Shown in pieces: positions 29,460-40,027 of a stretch of DNA of 64,000 bases. Location of the stretch: contig JAGLLT010000021.1 in NCBI GenBank assembly GCA_023140385.1, positions 1,068-65,067 on the forward strand, in the 5' to 3' direction. Made by a program: the position numbers and the translations under genes. How positions within the stretch are numbered: the stretch's first letter is position 1; every line of letters begins with the position of its first letter. The DNA is from Candidatus Omnitrophota bacterium. Its GTDB lineage: Bacteria > Omnitrophota > Gorgyraeia > JAGLLT01. The notes beneath the pieces are model-generated. The model was not told where the DNA came from. It searched no databases and saw nothing but the letters and a program-made list of their open reading frames with translations.

Positions 29460-30742
29460 TTTTTTAATACCTCATCCATTGTTTTTATAGCGCAAAATTC
29501 AGAACACATTGAGCAAACGTCCTCTTTTTTTGACTTTAGCGAGGCGTATATCATTTCAGGCCTTTCTTTTTCAATCGCCAGGGATATCTGTTTTTTAAAA
29601 TTTCTCTTTTTTCTTGCTTTGGCTATGGCTTTGTCGTTCTTGAGAGCTTTGGGTATTCCTTTCGCGATGTCCCCGGCGTGAGCCGCTACGCGCGAGGCAA
29701 TTAAGCCTATTTTAACGTCTTCTTTTGTTGGCAGCCCTAAATGTTCTGCCGGCGTCAAGTAGCAAATAAAATCGGCGCCATAGCTGGCCGCTACCGCTGA
29801 ACCTATGCAGGCGGCGAAATGATCATAGCCTAATGCCGAATCAGTTACCAGCGGCCCCAGCACATAGAAAGGAGCTTCGTTGCAAAGTTTCTTTTGGAGT
29901 TCCATATTCATTTTTATTTCATTTAAAGGGACGTGCCCCGGCCCTTCTATCATTGCCTGGACACCTTTGCTATTTGCTCTTTTAGCGAGTTCGCCCAGTA
30001 TAATCAACTCCTGTATTTGAGCCCTGTCGGTGGCGTCATCTATGCAGCCCGGCCTTAAACCGTCTCCCAGGGAAATGGTTACGTCATTTTTGCGAAGAAT
30101 TTTAAGCACGTCATCAAAGTGTTCGTAGAGAGGGTTCTCCTTCTCGTTTTTCATCATCCAATTGGCCAGAAAAGCCCCGCCTCGGCTCACGACATTCATT
30201 AATCGCCCCTGATTTTTTAAGCGCGAAAGCCCCTCTCTGGTTAACCCGCAGTGCAAGGTCATAAAATCAACTCCGTCATTGGATTGTTCTTCTATGGTTT
30301 TAAAGATATCCTCGATTTTAATATCCTTGATTTGCTTTCCTTTTCTCATCGTTTCCACCACTGTTTCATAGATGGGAACCGTGCCGACTGAAATAGGGGA
30401 TTTTTCAATTATTGACCTTCTGATGTGCCTTAAGTTTCCCCCGATACTCAGATCCATTAGGGCGTCAGCCTTATACCTTAAGCAGATTTTTAACTTTTCC
30501 AGTTCGGTTTTTAAACACACAAAATCCGGCGATGTTCCCAGATTGACGTTGACCTTTGTGCTCAACCCCTTACCTATGGCGCAGGGTTGAGCCGGGCTAT
30601 GTATTGGGTTTGAACATATTACAGCTTTTCCTTGAGCAATCCTGCCGGTTAAGGTATCCGGGGAGACACCCTCTTTTTTAGCTATCTTTTGTATTAGGGT
30701 AACTTTCGTTTTTTTTCTGATTTTTTCAAGTAAAGTTAGCAT
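29456..30742 (-). CDS. thiC: Phosphomethylpyrimidine synthase
   Basis: GTVPIY, SRGG, LGDGLRPG, EGPGHVP, CSMCSEFCA. Confidence 0.95.
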   Translation of the reverse strand: MLTLLEKIRKKTKVTLIQKIAKKEGVSPDTLTGRIAQGKAVICSNPIHSPAQPCAIGKGLSTKVNVNLGTSPDFVCLKTELEKLKICLRYKADALMDLSIGGNLRHIRRSIIEKSPISVGTVPIYETVVETMRKGKQIKDIKIEDIFKTIEEQSNDGVDFMTLHCGLTREGLSRLKNQGRLMNVVSRGGAFLANWMMKNEKENPLYEHFDDVLKILRKNDVTISLGDGLRPGCIDDATDRAQIQELIILGELAKRANSKGVQAMIEGPGHVPLNEIKMNMELQKKLCNEAPFYVLGPLVTDSALGYDHFAACIGSAVAASYGADFICYLTPAEHLGLPTKEDVKIGLIASRVAAHAGDIAKGIPKALKNDKAIAKARKKRNFKKQISLAIEKERPEMIYASLKSKKEDVCSMCSEFCAIKTMDEVLKK

Positions 30743-31359
30743 TGACTATCCAGTTTTTCTATTAGTTTATTTGTTTGGCCCGCGGGATCGGCGCTCTCAA
30801 TAATAAATGAAAAGACCGCAATTCTTTTGGCTTTGATAGCGCTGAGCCTGGAAATGTTTTGCGGATTTATGCCGCCTATTACAAAATATGGCACCGGTGT
30901 CATATTTATAATTTCTTCGATAATTTTTAAACCGACCGGTTTTAAGCGCGGTTTGGTCGCGGTCAAAAAGGCCGGGCCGATTCCTATATAGTCCGCGCCT
31001 TCTTTAAAGGCATCTTTAGCCTCTTTTATATTATGTGTCGACTTTCCGATTATATATTTTTTTCCTAAAAGCCTGCGTGTTTCCCCTATGCTTAGGTCAT
31101 TTTGCCCCAGATGCACCCCGTCAGCGCCGCTCAAAAAAGCTATATCAGGCCGGTCATTGATGATTAACAGTTTATCATACTGTTGCACTATCTTTTTTAG
31201 TTCCAGCGCTTTGTTCAAAAAAAAGCTGTCACTTTCTTTCTTCATTCTCAGCTGAACGAGGTCCGCGCCGTATTTTAAACATTTACGAACGGCCCTTATA
31301 TCCTTGCCGATGATTAGATAAAGACGAGATTTTTTTAAAAGTTTTCTTTTCGAGATCAT
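30736..31359 (-). CDS. thiE: Thiamine-phosphate synthase
   Basis: RLYLI, VQLRMK, INDRPD, DGVHLGQND, GPAFLTATK. Confidence 0.93.
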   Translation of the reverse strand: MISKRKLLKKSRLYLIIGKDIRAVRKCLKYGADLVQLRMKKESDSFFLNKALELKKIVQQYDKLLIINDRPDIAFLSGADGVHLGQNDLSIGETRRLLGKKYIIGKSTHNIKEAKDAFKEGADYIGIGPAFLTATKPRLKPVGLKIIEEIINMTPVPYFVIGGINPQNISRLSAIKAKRIAVFSFIIESADPAGQTNKLIEKLDSQC

Positions 31360-31735
31360 ATATTTTGTATCTGATTGATTTAAAACCAATTGATTTTTTC
31401 TTATTAATTAACTTGGAAAATTCTTCCAGGACACGCAGTGACTCTTTGGCTCTTTGTAGATTAGCAAAAAATATTTCAGTTACGTTTCTTTTATTAAGTT
31501 CGGATAGACTGCTTTTTTTGCCAACGTCTTTGCCGGTTGAGCGGGAGCCAAGCAGTTTTTCTTGTTTTACATCCAATTCATCGAGGGCTGAGGTAATGCT
31601 GTGCCTGAGATCTTTAAAACTTTTGGTAAGCTGTTTGTCGTTTAAAATAAACCTTGCTATGTCTTCTGAAACTCGCAGTCCCTCTTTGGCCCTATTATAA
31701 TTGGCGTCAATTGTCCGATATATTTCTTTATCCAC
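31283..31735 (-). CDS. Stand-alone ThiD2-like domain (N-terminal domain of cyanobacterial-type ThiE)
   Basis: RTIDANYNRAKEGLRVSED..RF and ANLQRAKESLRVLEEF. Confidence 0.82.
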   Translation of the reverse strand: MDKEIYRTIDANYNRAKEGLRVSEDIARFILNDKQLTKSFKDLRHSITSALDELDVKQEKLLGSRSTGKDVGKKSSLSELNKRNVTEIFFANLQRAKESLRVLEEFSKLINKKKSIGFKSIRYKIYDLEKKTFKKISSLSNHRQGYKGRS

Positions 31736-31739
31736 TGTT

Positions 31740-32222
31740 TTAAAGTGTATCTTTCTTTATGGATTTGATAATGCCGCTTGTGGAATATCCCTTTAAAAAT
31801 GAAATAACTGCCGTTTTGCCGCCGTACGACTTTACAAAATCCGAGCCTACAATGTCAGTTTTCTTCCAATCCGACCCCTTTATGATGACGTCAGGCTTAA
31901 GCAGCTTAATGACTTTTAAGGGCGTTTTTTCTTTAAAGGGGACCGCATAGTCAGTGGATTCGAGCGCGGCTATTACCGCCAGGCGGCCCTTTAGCGGCGT
32001 TATTGGCCGCTTATTTCCTTTTATGCGTTTAACCGAGCTGTCTGTGTTAAGCGCTACTACTAAAATGTGACATTTTTTTTTGGCCGCCTCAAGATATTTA
32101 ACGTGCCCGGCGTGAATTATGTCAAAACAGCCGTTGGTGAATCCTATAGTCTTATTTCTTTTTCGCAGTTTTCTTATAATAAGCTCCAACTGCTTTAGGT
32201 TCTTAATTTTCGCGTTTATCAT
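31740..32222 (-). CDS. rfaE2: D-glycero-beta-D-manno-heptose 1-phosphate adenylyltransferase (HldE domain II)
   Basis: FTNGCFDIIHAGH, LNTDSSVKRIKG..RP. Confidence 0.92.
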   Translation of the reverse strand: MINAKIKNLKQLELIIRKLRKRNKTIGFTNGCFDIIHAGHVKYLEAAKKKCHILVVALNTDSSVKRIKGNKRPITPLKGRLAVIAALESTDYAVPFKEKTPLKVIKLLKPDVIIKGSDWKKTDIVGSDFVKSYGGKTAVISFLKGYSTSGIIKSIKKDTL

Positions 32223-32223
32223 T

Positions 32224-32787
32224 TTACATATTGTTTTCAATTATATCGCAAAAGATATGAATACAGCAAATGTGAGCTTCCTGAATGACAGGAGCGCTTT
32301 GAGATGGAACCCTTAGGGATAGCCGGCAGATACTGCTTAGCGGTGACTCATCTTTTCCGGTTAGTCCAATGGTAATAAGCCCCAGTTCATTAGCCTTTTT
32401 GACCGCCTTAATAACGTTTGCCGAATTGCCGCTGGTAGAGATGCCCAGAGCGATGTCGCCTTTTTGCCCCAGAGCTTCTATTTGCCGCGAGAAGATTTCC
32501 GAGTAGTCGTAATCATTGGCAACCGCGGTCAGGATTGAACTGTTTGTCGTAAGCGCCATCGCGGGAACGGCCCCTCTTTCCTTTTTAAATCTGCCGATAA
32601 GTTCAGCGGCCATATGCTGACTGTCGGCCGCGCTGCCGCCATTTCCGAAAATAATAATCTTTTTTCCGTTTTTTACGGCGGAGACCATTGCCTTTGCTAT
32701 CTTCTCAATGGTGCCTACAGACTTATCAAGAAGCTCTTTCTTGGCGTCTATACTGTTTTGAAGCAGGTTCTCTATTTTTTCTTTCAT
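32224..32787 (-). CDS. gmhA: Phosphoheptose isomerase
   Basis: GNGGSAADSQH, ANDY, STSGNS, IQEAH. Confidence 0.95.
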   Translation of the reverse strand: MKEKIENLLQNSIDAKKELLDKSVGTIEKIAKAMVSAVKNGKKIIIFGNGGSAADSQHMAAELIGRFKKERGAVPAMALTTNSSILTAVANDYDYSEIFSRQIEALGQKGDIALGISTSGNSANVIKAVKKANELGLITIGLTGKDESPLSSICRLSLRVPSQSAPVIQEAHICCIHIFCDIIENNM

Positions 32788-32794
32788 TTTTAAA

Positions 32795-33826
32795 TCACCC
32801 AAAGAACTCTTCGGCAATCGCGTAATACTCTTTGGTTACCGTCCGTAGTTTGCCTAGTATTTTTTCAATTTTTACAGCTCCTATTTTATTGCCCTGAAGA
32901 CTGACCATATATCCTGATTTACCCTGCATAATCAACTCCACGGCCTTAACGCCGAATTTAGTACCCAGTATTCTGTCATAAGCTGACGGCGAACCTCCCC
33001 GCAATAAATGCCCTAAAACAGTTACTCTTGTTTCAAAGCCGGTTTTTTCCTCAATCATAGCGGCTAATCGCTGGCCTATTCCTCCAAGCTTCACGTGGCC
33101 GAAGGCATCCAGCTCCTCGCTCTGAAGGATTGTTTTACCGGAAGATAGTTTTGCTCCTTCGGCAACAACAATAATACTAAAGTGCTTTCCTCTCTTTTTT
33201 CTTTTTTTTATGCTGTCGATAAGTTCATCTATCTTAATCGGTATTTCCGGTATCAGGGCATAGTCGCCTCCGCCAGCGATGGCCGCGTCAACCGCTATCC
33301 AGCCCGCGTGCCGTCCCATGACCTCTACAACCATAACCCGGTGGTGTGATTCCGCCGTTGTATGCAGGCGGTCAATGGCTTCTGTGGCTATATTTACGGC
33401 GGTATCAAAGCCGAAAGTAGAGTCAGTTAGCGGTACATCGTTATCAATAGTTTTTGGTATGCCGATAACAGGGAATCCATCCTTAGAGAACTTTGCGGCT
33501 ACACCCAGAGTGTCTTCGCCGCCAATGGCTACCAGAGCGGTTAGCTTTAATTTTTTAAAGTTTTGCTTTGCCTTCTTTAATAGTTCATTATTTTCGTAAG
33601 GGTTAGTGCGGGAGGTGCCTAATATGGTGCCTCCTTTAGGAAGAATACCCGAGGTTGACTTTAGATCGAGTTTCTGGGTAAAGTTTTGCACGAGGCCCTT
33701 CCAACCGTTTTTTATACCGATTACCTCAAAGCCTTCATTAAGCGCCTTTCTTACGACCGCCCTGATAACCGGATTGAGGCCGGGGCAATCACCGCCTCCT
33801 GTTAAAACTCCAATCTTTTTTGCCAT
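32795..33826 (-). CDS. pfkA: 6-phosphofructokinase
   Basis: GGGDCPGLN, PKTIDND, EVMGRHAGW. Confidence 0.95.
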   Translation of the reverse strand: MAKKIGVLTGGGDCPGLNPVIRAVVRKALNEGFEVIGIKNGWKGLVQNFTQKLDLKSTSGILPKGGTILGTSRTNPYENNELLKKAKQNFKKLKLTALVAIGGEDTLGVAAKFSKDGFPVIGIPKTIDNDVPLTDSTFGFDTAVNIATEAIDRLHTTAESHHRVMVVEVMGRHAGWIAVDAAIAGGGDYALIPEIPIKIDELIDSIKKRKKRGKHFSIIVVAEGAKLSSGKTILQSEELDAFGHVKLGGIGQRLAAMIEEKTGFETRVTVLGHLLRGGSPSAYDRILGTKFGVKAVELIMQGKSGYMVSLQGNKIGAVKIEKILGKLRTVTKEYYAIAEEFFG

Positions 33827-33879
33827 TTTTTACCTTTCATAGTTTATAAACTGGTAAGTTCTGTAAATACGTATAAGTT

Positions 33880-34479
33880 TTAAGCGCGGCTTTCGTATTG
33901 AAAAGGCGCCTGCGGGGCATCTTCTTTTTTATCCCTGGCCGCCCTTTTTTCTTTATCCAATATTTTTACAATGTGAACTTTAACATTTATCTCTTCTTCA
34001 ATGCCGAGCAGGCTTTGCACCTTTAACTTGATCGTGTTTTGTATTTTTCCCGATACTTCGGGGATAGGAAAGTCCTGAAGTATATATACCTTACATAATA
34101 TCTGAACCCCTTCTTTGTTAACTTTTACGCTGGGCCTCAACTCCTTGATTTCTTTAAAGTCCCTGGCCAATCTTTTGACAAAATCTTCAATAGCTGAAAG
34201 CGCAACCGTTACCTGTCCGCTGGGATTTTCGTATGAAAGAGTTTTTTCTTTTTTAGAACCGCCAAAGGCCAACTGTAAGATGCATAAGGAAACTACAATA
34301 GTGGCAGCGCCGATAAAACCGATAATCATCCTGATATTTGTGTCCGTCGACAGGCTGTTAACCAGTTGATATATATTTTGCGGGGTTATGCTTCCTGTTG
34401 AGTAGGAAATAAGAGCTGTGCCTATGGCCAAAAATATCAACGTGTAAAAAAATATTATAATTCCGTTAAATACTTTCAC
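33880..34479 (-). CDS. Alkaline shock response membrane anchor AmaP-like protein
   Basis: 2 TM followed by an Asp23-like domain (GQVTVALSAIEDFV); downstream of accC. Confidence 0.7.
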   Translation of the reverse strand: MKVFNGIIIFFYTLIFLAIGTALISYSTGSITPQNIYQLVNSLSTDTNIRMIIGFIGAATIVVSLCILQLAFGGSKKEKTLSYENPSGQVTVALSAIEDFVKRLARDFKEIKELRPSVKVNKEGVQILCKVYILQDFPIPEVSGKIQNTIKLKVQSLLGIEEEINVKVHIVKILDKEKRAARDKKEDAPQAPFQYESRA

Positions 34480-34516
34480 CTTTTTCTTCCCTCCTTTTTT
34501 GACCTTACCCGTTTGT

Positions 34517-35863
34517 TTATGAGGTACCTAAAAATCTTTGAGCAAAATCGGTGTAGTAGTGCCCCTTTATAAACTCAGGAACGTTCAGCACCTTTTTATG
34601 AAAGTCTATCGTATTTTTCGTAGGATGAATTATATACTCGTCAAGGGCTCTTTTCATTATGCTTATGGCTTCCTGCCTTGTTTTTCCGTAAACGATGAGC
34701 TTGGATATAAGCGAGTCATAATAGGGCGGTATGATATAGCCCTGATAAACGGCAGAGTCTAATCGGACGCCCGGCCCTGAGGGGGCGTTATATGTTTCTA
34801 TCTTTCCCGGCGAAGGAATGAAGCCGTTTTCATAATCTTCCGCGTTGATTCTGCACTCGATAGCATGCCCTTTTATTTCTATTTTATCCTGGGAAAGATT
34901 AAGCTTTTTGCCGGCTGATAAGCGAATTTGTTCCTTAATAATATCTATGCCGGTAACCATTTCAGTGACGGGATGCTCAACCTGTACCCTGGTATTCATT
35001 TCCATAAAGTAAAATTTTCCGTCTTCGTCGAGGAGGAATTCAATAGTACCTATGTTATTATAGCCGGCAACCCTGGCGGCCTTTACAGCCATCTCTCCCA
35101 TCCTTTTCCTTAATCTTTTATTCATAGCCGGCGATGGAGCTTCCTCAAGAAGCTTCTGGTGCCGCCTCTGAATGGTGCAGTCCCTTTCCCCCAAGTGGAC
35201 TATGTTTTGATAGTTGTCCGCCATTATCTGAAACTCTATGTGCCTTGGGCGCTCAAAGTATTTCTCAATATAAATGTCTGAGTTCCCGAAGTTAATCTCG
35301 GCTTCTGATTGTGCTGTTATTAAAGCGTTTATTAGCCTGCCGTCGTTGTGGGCAATACGCATACCTTTGCCTCCGCCGCCCGCGGCCGCCTTTAAAATAA
35401 CTGGATATTTAATCCGGGCGGCTATTTTGATGGCATCTTCTTTTTCTTTAATCGCCTGACTGCTGCCCGGCAGGATGGGGATGCCGTGCTTTTTCATCAG
35501 GTTTTTGGCTTTTAGTTTATCTCCCATTTCCCGAATGACGGCCGGCTTAGGGCCGATAAAAGTAATTTGGCAGGACTCGCAGATTTCAGCAAAATGGGCG
35601 TTCTCTGCCAGAAAGCCGTATCCCGGATGAATAGCCTCAACGTCTGTAATTTCAGCGGCGCTTATTATGGCCGGTATGTTAAGGTAACTGTTTTTAGAGT
35701 CACTGGGGCCGATACATATTGCCTCATCTGCCAGGCGCGCCGGAAGTGAGTCAATGTCGGCTTCGGAGTAAACGGCAACCGTTCTGATACCCATATCCTT
35801 ACAGGCCCTGATGACGCGCAGTGCTATTTCTCCTCTATTAGCAATCAATATTTTTGAAAACAT
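34517..35863 (-). CDS. accC: Acetyl-CoA carboxylase, biotin carboxylase
   Basis: [27 protein letters not shown]. Confidence 0.97.
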   Translation of the reverse strand: MFSKILIANRGEIALRVIRACKDMGIRTVAVYSEADIDSLPARLADEAICIGPSDSKNSYLNIPAIISAAEITDVEAIHPGYGFLAENAHFAEICESCQITFIGPKPAVIREMGDKLKAKNLMKKHGIPILPGSSQAIKEKEDAIKIAARIKYPVILKAAAGGGGKGMRIAHNDGRLINALITAQSEAEINFGNSDIYIEKYFERPRHIEFQIMADNYQNIVHLGERDCTIQRRHQKLLEEAPSPAMNKRLRKRMGEMAVKAARVAGYNNIGTIEFLLDEDGKFYFMEMNTRVQVEHPVTEMVTGIDIIKEQIRLSAGKKLNLSQDKIEIKGHAIECRINAEDYENGFIPSPGKIETYNAPSGPGVRLDSAVYQGYIIPPYYDSLISKLIVYGKTRQEAISIMKRALDEYIIHPTKNTIDFHKKVLNVPEFIKGHYYTDFAQRFLGTS

Positions 35864-35864
35864 T

Positions 35865-36311
35865 TTATTCTGCCGGTTCCAGTAAAAAGATGACTTGCCC
35901 GTATTCTACGCTTCCGCCGCTTTCACCCAGTATTTGAACGATTTTGCCCGCCGTTTCCGACTTTATCTCGTTCATGAGTTTCATCGCTTCAATAATACAC
36001 AAAACATCGTCAGGCTTAACTGTTTGTCCTACCTCTACGAATGGCTGGGCGTCAGGCGCCGGAGAGCGATAGAAGGTGCCGATCATCGGCGCTTTAATCT
36101 CAATTATTTTTTTACCCCCGGCATCCTCACCTGTCTTTTCAGGCGGCTGTTGTTTGTGGCTCTCCTCCGCGGTAGGTTCTTCTATGATCCTTTTAACGGA
36201 TATACCCTCTTTTTTAAGCCTAATTTTTAGGCCGTTTTTTTCAATTTCGATTTCACAAAGCTTATTTTCATTCATTAGCTTGATCATCTCTTCAATTTCT
36301 TTTAAATTCAT
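35865..36311 (-). CDS. accB: Biotin carboxyl carrier protein
   Basis: EAMKLMNEI. Confidence 0.96.
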   Translation of the reverse strand: MNLKEIEEMIKLMNENKLCEIEIEKNGLKIRLKKEGISVKRIIEEPTAEESHKQQPPEKTGEDAGGKKIIEIKAPMIGTFYRSPAPDAQPFVEVGQTVKPDDVLCIIEAMKLMNEIKSETAGKIVQILGESGGSVEYGQVIFLLEPAE

Positions 36312-36321
36312 AACCTTTACC

Positions 36322-36885
36322 TCACTTGGCTTTTCCGGCGTATTGTTTTGTTCTTGTGTCTATCTTAATCCTGTCACCTTCATTTATGAAGATGGGAACC
36401 TGTATTTTGGCGCCGTTCTCCAGCAGTGCTGTTTTAGTGCTTGTGCTTTTTGCCGTATCACCCCTGGCGCCGGGCTCGGCATGTTTAATCCGAAGTTCAA
36501 TGAAATTAGGCAGATTGAGACTGATGATTTCATTTTCGGCAATAGCTGCCGTTACCTCGGTATTTTCTGTCAGAAAATCAAGTATATCACCGCATACATT
36601 TTTATTGAGCGGCAGTTGTTCATAGTTCTCTTGGTCCATAAAGTAGTAAATTTCGTGGTCGTGATAAAGATAGGTAAGCTTTTTTTCTTCGAGAAAGACA
36701 TTTTCTATTTTTTCATCGGAACGAAAGGTTTTTTCTATTATTCCGTCTGTCTTAAGATTTTTGAGTTTGGTTCTATAATACGCCGGCCCTTTGCCGGGCT
36801 TTACGTGCTGATAGCCGGTTATTGAGAAAAGCTTATTATCTGTTTTGATGACTATTCCTGTTTTAAATTGAGTTGGGGATATCAT
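36322..36885 (-). CDS. efp: Elongation factor P
   Basis: [23 protein letters not shown]. Confidence 0.96.
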   Translation of the reverse strand: MISPTQFKTGIVIKTDNKLFSITGYQHVKPGKGPAYYRTKLKNLKTDGIIEKTFRSDEKIENVFLEEKKLTYLYHDHEIYYFMDQENYEQLPLNKNVCGDILDFLTENTEVTAAIAENEIISLNLPNFIELRIKHAEPGARGDTAKSTSTKTALLENGAKIQVPIFINEGDRIKIDTRTKQYAGKAK

Positions 36886-37939
36886 TGCTTAAAACCTCGT
36901 AACCATTTTTAGTAACCAGAACTATGTCTTCTACTCTTATGCCAAAACGGCCGGGCAGGTATATTCCCGGCTCTATTGTAAAGACCATCCCGGCCTTTAA
37001 GCATTCGGTGTTATTTAAACTTACAGCCGGCGGCTCATGAACATTTAAGCCTACCCCATGGCCGGCGGCATGGATAAAATATTTTTCCAGCTTAAATTTC
37101 TTAAAGTGGTTTCTTGCCGCAAGGTCTACTTCAGAAATTTTTCTACCGGGGCTCACTTTTTGTATAGCCTCTTGCTGAGCTTTAATGACAATACTTAAAA
37201 TTTTACTAAAGCCTGGTTTCATTTTACTCAAAGTATATACTCTTGTCAAGTCTGAATTGTAACCATAAATCTTTGCGCCTAAATCAATTAGCAGATTTGA
37301 TTTACTGTTTATTTTTTTGCCTGAAGATTGAGCGTGAGCGCAGGCTGTTCTTGCGCCGCTAATTACCATCGTTTCATAACCGCCTTTATCTGCCTCGTGC
37401 CTTAAAATGTAAAAGTCGAGCAAGGCGGCGATTTCTTTTTCCGTGCGGCCGGCTTTTTTCAACCTTTTAAAGTAATTAAAAGCCTTACCCGTAATATGAA
37501 TGGCTTGCCTTATAGCCTTTATCTCGCTTTCGTCTTTTATCGCCATCATAGAATTTAATATATGGCCGGTAGGTATCAGCTGAACCTTATTTAAATCCTT
37601 TCTAAGAAATAAGTACTGATTGACGCTTAGATGCTGCTGCTCTATGCCGGTTCTCTTGAGATTTAGGCCGGAGATTAGCTTTGCGAGGCCTTTTAGGGGT
37701 TTTTTAGAAAACACCGCCTCAAAAGTATATTTATTTATACGCAGTGTCTCTTTGTAGCGGGCATCGGTAAAAAGATAAATTTTTTTTGAAGTTACCAACA
37801 AAAAAGAGTCTTCGGCCGAATATCCGGTCAGATAATAGATTCTCTCTTTTTTACTGATCACAAGCGCCTCAATTCCCTCTTTTTTCATAGATATTTTGAG
37901 GCGGCAGACTCTTTTTTTAAAGTTGAAACTGATTTTCAT
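36863..37939 (-). CDS. Xaa-Pro peptidase (M24)
   Basis: SDLTR, GHGVGLNVHE, TIEPGIY, GIRVED. Confidence 0.93.
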   Translation of the reverse strand: MKISFNFKKRVCRLKISMKKEGIEALVISKKERIYYLTGYSAEDSFLLVTSKKIYLFTDARYKETLRINKYTFEAVFSKKPLKGLAKLISGLNLKRTGIEQQHLSVNQYLFLRKDLNKVQLIPTGHILNSMMAIKDESEIKAIRQAIHITGKAFNYFKRLKKAGRTEKEIAALLDFYILRHEADKGGYETMVISGARTACAHAQSSGKKINSKSNLLIDLGAKIYGYNSDLTRVYTLSKMKPGFSKILSIVIKAQQEAIQKVSPGRKISEVDLAARNHFKKFKLEKYFIHAAGHGVGLNVHEPPAVSLNNTECLKAGMVFTIEPGIYLPGRFGIRVEDIVLVTKNGYEVLSNDIPNSI

Positions 37940-37960
37940 AATTTGGCGGCCTAAGATTGT

Positions 37961-38404
37961 TTATGTTTTGTCTTTAAGAATTTTTGTCATTGCCGTCAGT
38001 CCCAGGATATAACTATGCATGCCAAAACCCGAAATTTGCCCCCGGCTGACAGGAGCAATGAGTGAAGTGTGCCTAAATTCTTCGCGCGCGTAAATATTTG
38101 AAAGGTGAACTTCTATCGCGGGTATACTCGCGGCCGATATGGCATCTCTAATGGCCACACTGGTATGCGTATAGGCCGCGGGATTTATAATTATGCCCTG
38201 AAATTCATTCTTCGCTTTGCCTATTAAGTCAACGATTTCCCCTTCATGATTTGACTGGACAATCTTTAATTTAATATTCAGGCGGCCGGCCTCTTTTTCG
38301 AGTTCGGCGTTGATTTTTTCTATGGTTACCTTTCCGTAAACCTCGGGCTCTCTTTCCCCCAAAAGGTTAAGATTGGGCCCGTGTATTAAAAGTATCTGGT
38401 ACAT
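37961..38404 (-). CDS. aroQ: Type II 3-dehydroquinate dehydratase
   Basis: [22 protein letters not shown]. Confidence 0.97.
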   Translation of the reverse strand: MYQILLIHGPNLNLLGEREPEVYGKVTIEKINAELEKEAGRLNIKLKIVQSNHEGEIVDLIGKAKNEFQGIIINPAAYTHTSVAIRDAISAASIPAIEVHLSNIYAREEFRHTSLIAPVSRGQISGFGMHSYILGLTAMTKILKDKT

Positions 38405-38460
38405 CTTCTTCCTCCCTATCTTTACTGTTGTATTGTAAAAAATATCTGAATTTAATCACC

Positions 38461-38700
38461 AATAACCAAGTTATACCCTAATCCTATGCTTCGCTTCTTA
38501 TATCAAGACGTTCGCATTCGCTCACTCTAAGGATTAAGACGCTCACTTTGTTCGCTCTAAGGATTAAGTTTTTTTCACTTAATCCCCGCTCTTACTCAAT
38601 CCTATTTTTTAATCCTTTAACTTAATCCTTAGAGCTCACCAACAATTTGTCGATGGTGAGCGTCTTAATCCTTAATCCTGTTTTTTGCGTCTTGGTTATT
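38461..38700. repeat. Repeat family B, copy 1 (TAAGGAT heptamers with AGACG...CTCT modules)
   Basis: 38504-38603 matches 61897-61996 with 4 mismatches; region bounded by inverted repeat AATAACCAAG/CTTGGTTATT. Confidence 0.75.
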
Positions 38701-38860
38701 TGTCAGGCGTCCCGGCTTCATCTTTAAGCATTATAGGGATGCCGTTGATTATCGGATATTCCCTGCCGCATTTATCGCAGACGATTTTATCATTCAGAGG
38801 CTTAACACTGCTCTTGCAGGCGGGGCAGATTAAGATTTCAAGCAACTCTTTGTTTATCAT
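38696..38860 (-). CDS. Trm112/YcaR family small protein (54 aa, not in the ORF track)
   Basis: Hand translation MINKELLEILICPACK...VCDKCGREYPIINGIPIMLKDEA. Confidence 0.9.
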   Translation of the reverse strand: MINKELLEILICPACKSSVKPLNDKIVCDKCGREYPIINGIPIMLKDEAGTPDK

Positions 38861-39836
38861 AACTTATTTCCTTTTCGATTTCTGAAATTGTTAATTTATG
38901 ATAACCGCTTAACAAATAAACTACTCCTCCTATAAGGCTGAGGCATAGGAGATAAAACAGCCACATAAGGGCCAGAGCTGCGGCTTCCGCCCTATCAACC
39001 AGAGAGCCGAAGAGTAGTACAAAGGCGAATTCGCGGGGGCCGGTGCCCCCTAAAGATGGAATCATGCTGGCGGCGCTGATAATGGGTATAAAAAGAAAGA
39101 AAATCGAGTAGTTCACTTGAAGGTGAAGGCTTTTGGATATAATAAAACAAACTGTAATAATCAGCACCTGTCCTCCAAAGGCTATTAGAAAGGCAAACAG
39201 GCTCGCGCGCTTATGCCGGCCGAAGTCGTTTAAGACCCCGTATATTTTTTGCGCCGGCTCTTCTATTTTTCGAAGTCCGCACAGTGATATTAAGAACTTA
39301 AACTTTTGGGCCAGCCGGTGATTAAGGGAAAAGACGACGAAGAAAACAGCCAGTCCGAAAACGGCAAAGATGAAAAACCTCATTTTAAATGGTATTATAT
39401 CGGCGCCCGCGATAAATAAGGCCGCGATTGCTATAGAGACAATAGACATAAGGCCGATTGTTCTGTCGGCAAAAACAGCTGTATAGCACTCTACTTTTTT
39501 CTTTTTAAATTTCTCTGAGGCATAGTATGCTTTAGCTATGTCTCCGCCTACCGCTGTTGGCAGGAAGCTGTTAAAAAAGAAGGCTATAAAGTTTAACCGA
39601 AGAGATTCCGTAAAGTTCAATTTTAACTTTTGTGTTGATAAAACGACCTTCAGCCTTAATGACAGCAGTAAAACATTGACAATAAATAAAAAAAACCCCG
39701 CAAAAAGGTAATATTTGTTTGCCGAGCTCAAAATCTCTCCCAGCTCACCGGCATTCTCTTTCAAAAAGTACCAGAGAATTAATATAATTATCAGGGTAAC
39801 GGCAACTCTGGAAATTAAAAAAATATGTTTTTTCAC
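38838..39836 (-). CDS. Flippase-like (UPF0104 / LPG synthase TM) membrane protein
   Basis: FFNSFLPTAVGGD, ADR..G, PSLGGTGPRE. Confidence 0.88.
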   Translation of the reverse strand: MKKHIFLISRVAVTLIIILILWYFLKENAGELGEILSSANKYYLFAGFFLFIVNVLLLSLRLKVVLSTQKLKLNFTESLRLNFIAFFFNSFLPTAVGGDIAKAYYASEKFKKKKVECYTAVFADRTIGLMSIVSIAIAALFIAGADIIPFKMRFFIFAVFGLAVFFVVFSLNHRLAQKFKFLISLCGLRKIEEPAQKIYGVLNDFGRHKRASLFAFLIAFGGQVLIITVCFIISKSLHLQVNYSIFFLFIPIISAASMIPSLGGTGPREFAFVLLFGSLVDRAEAAALALMWLFYLLCLSLIGGVVYLLSGYHKLTISEIEKEISYDKQRVA

Positions 39837-39843
39837 AACCGCA

Positions 39844-39871
39844 ACTATATCACATATAAGGGGATAAGTAA
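39844..39871 (-). promoter_or_regulatory. Promoter, possibly leaderless
   Basis: TTTACT-16 bp-TATAGT with extended TG, 7 nt before the GTG start. Confidence 0.5.
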
Positions 39872-40027
39872 AGTTAAAATTAGAATTGCATCAAGCCTTT
39901 ATCGTCTTATACCTTCTTACTTTTCATAATTATGACACAAGTGTATCATAAAAGAAACAGACGTTAAGTCCCACCGCATTAAATAACCCCCAACTCCTTT
40001 AATTCCCAAATCATGAGATATACCCAT

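Noticed and set aside
29456-31740. TPP riboswitch before the thiamine genes
   Set aside because: The genes are packed inside a longer operon with only a few bases upstream; no aptamer motif seen.
38504-38680. Possible mini-CRISPR: CTCTAAGGATTAAGAC resembles the 3' end of some CRISPR repeats
   Set aside because: Repeats are about 16 nt, fillings are 13-26 nt and related to each other, one unit is inverted, the same block recurs at 61897, and no cas genes are in the window.
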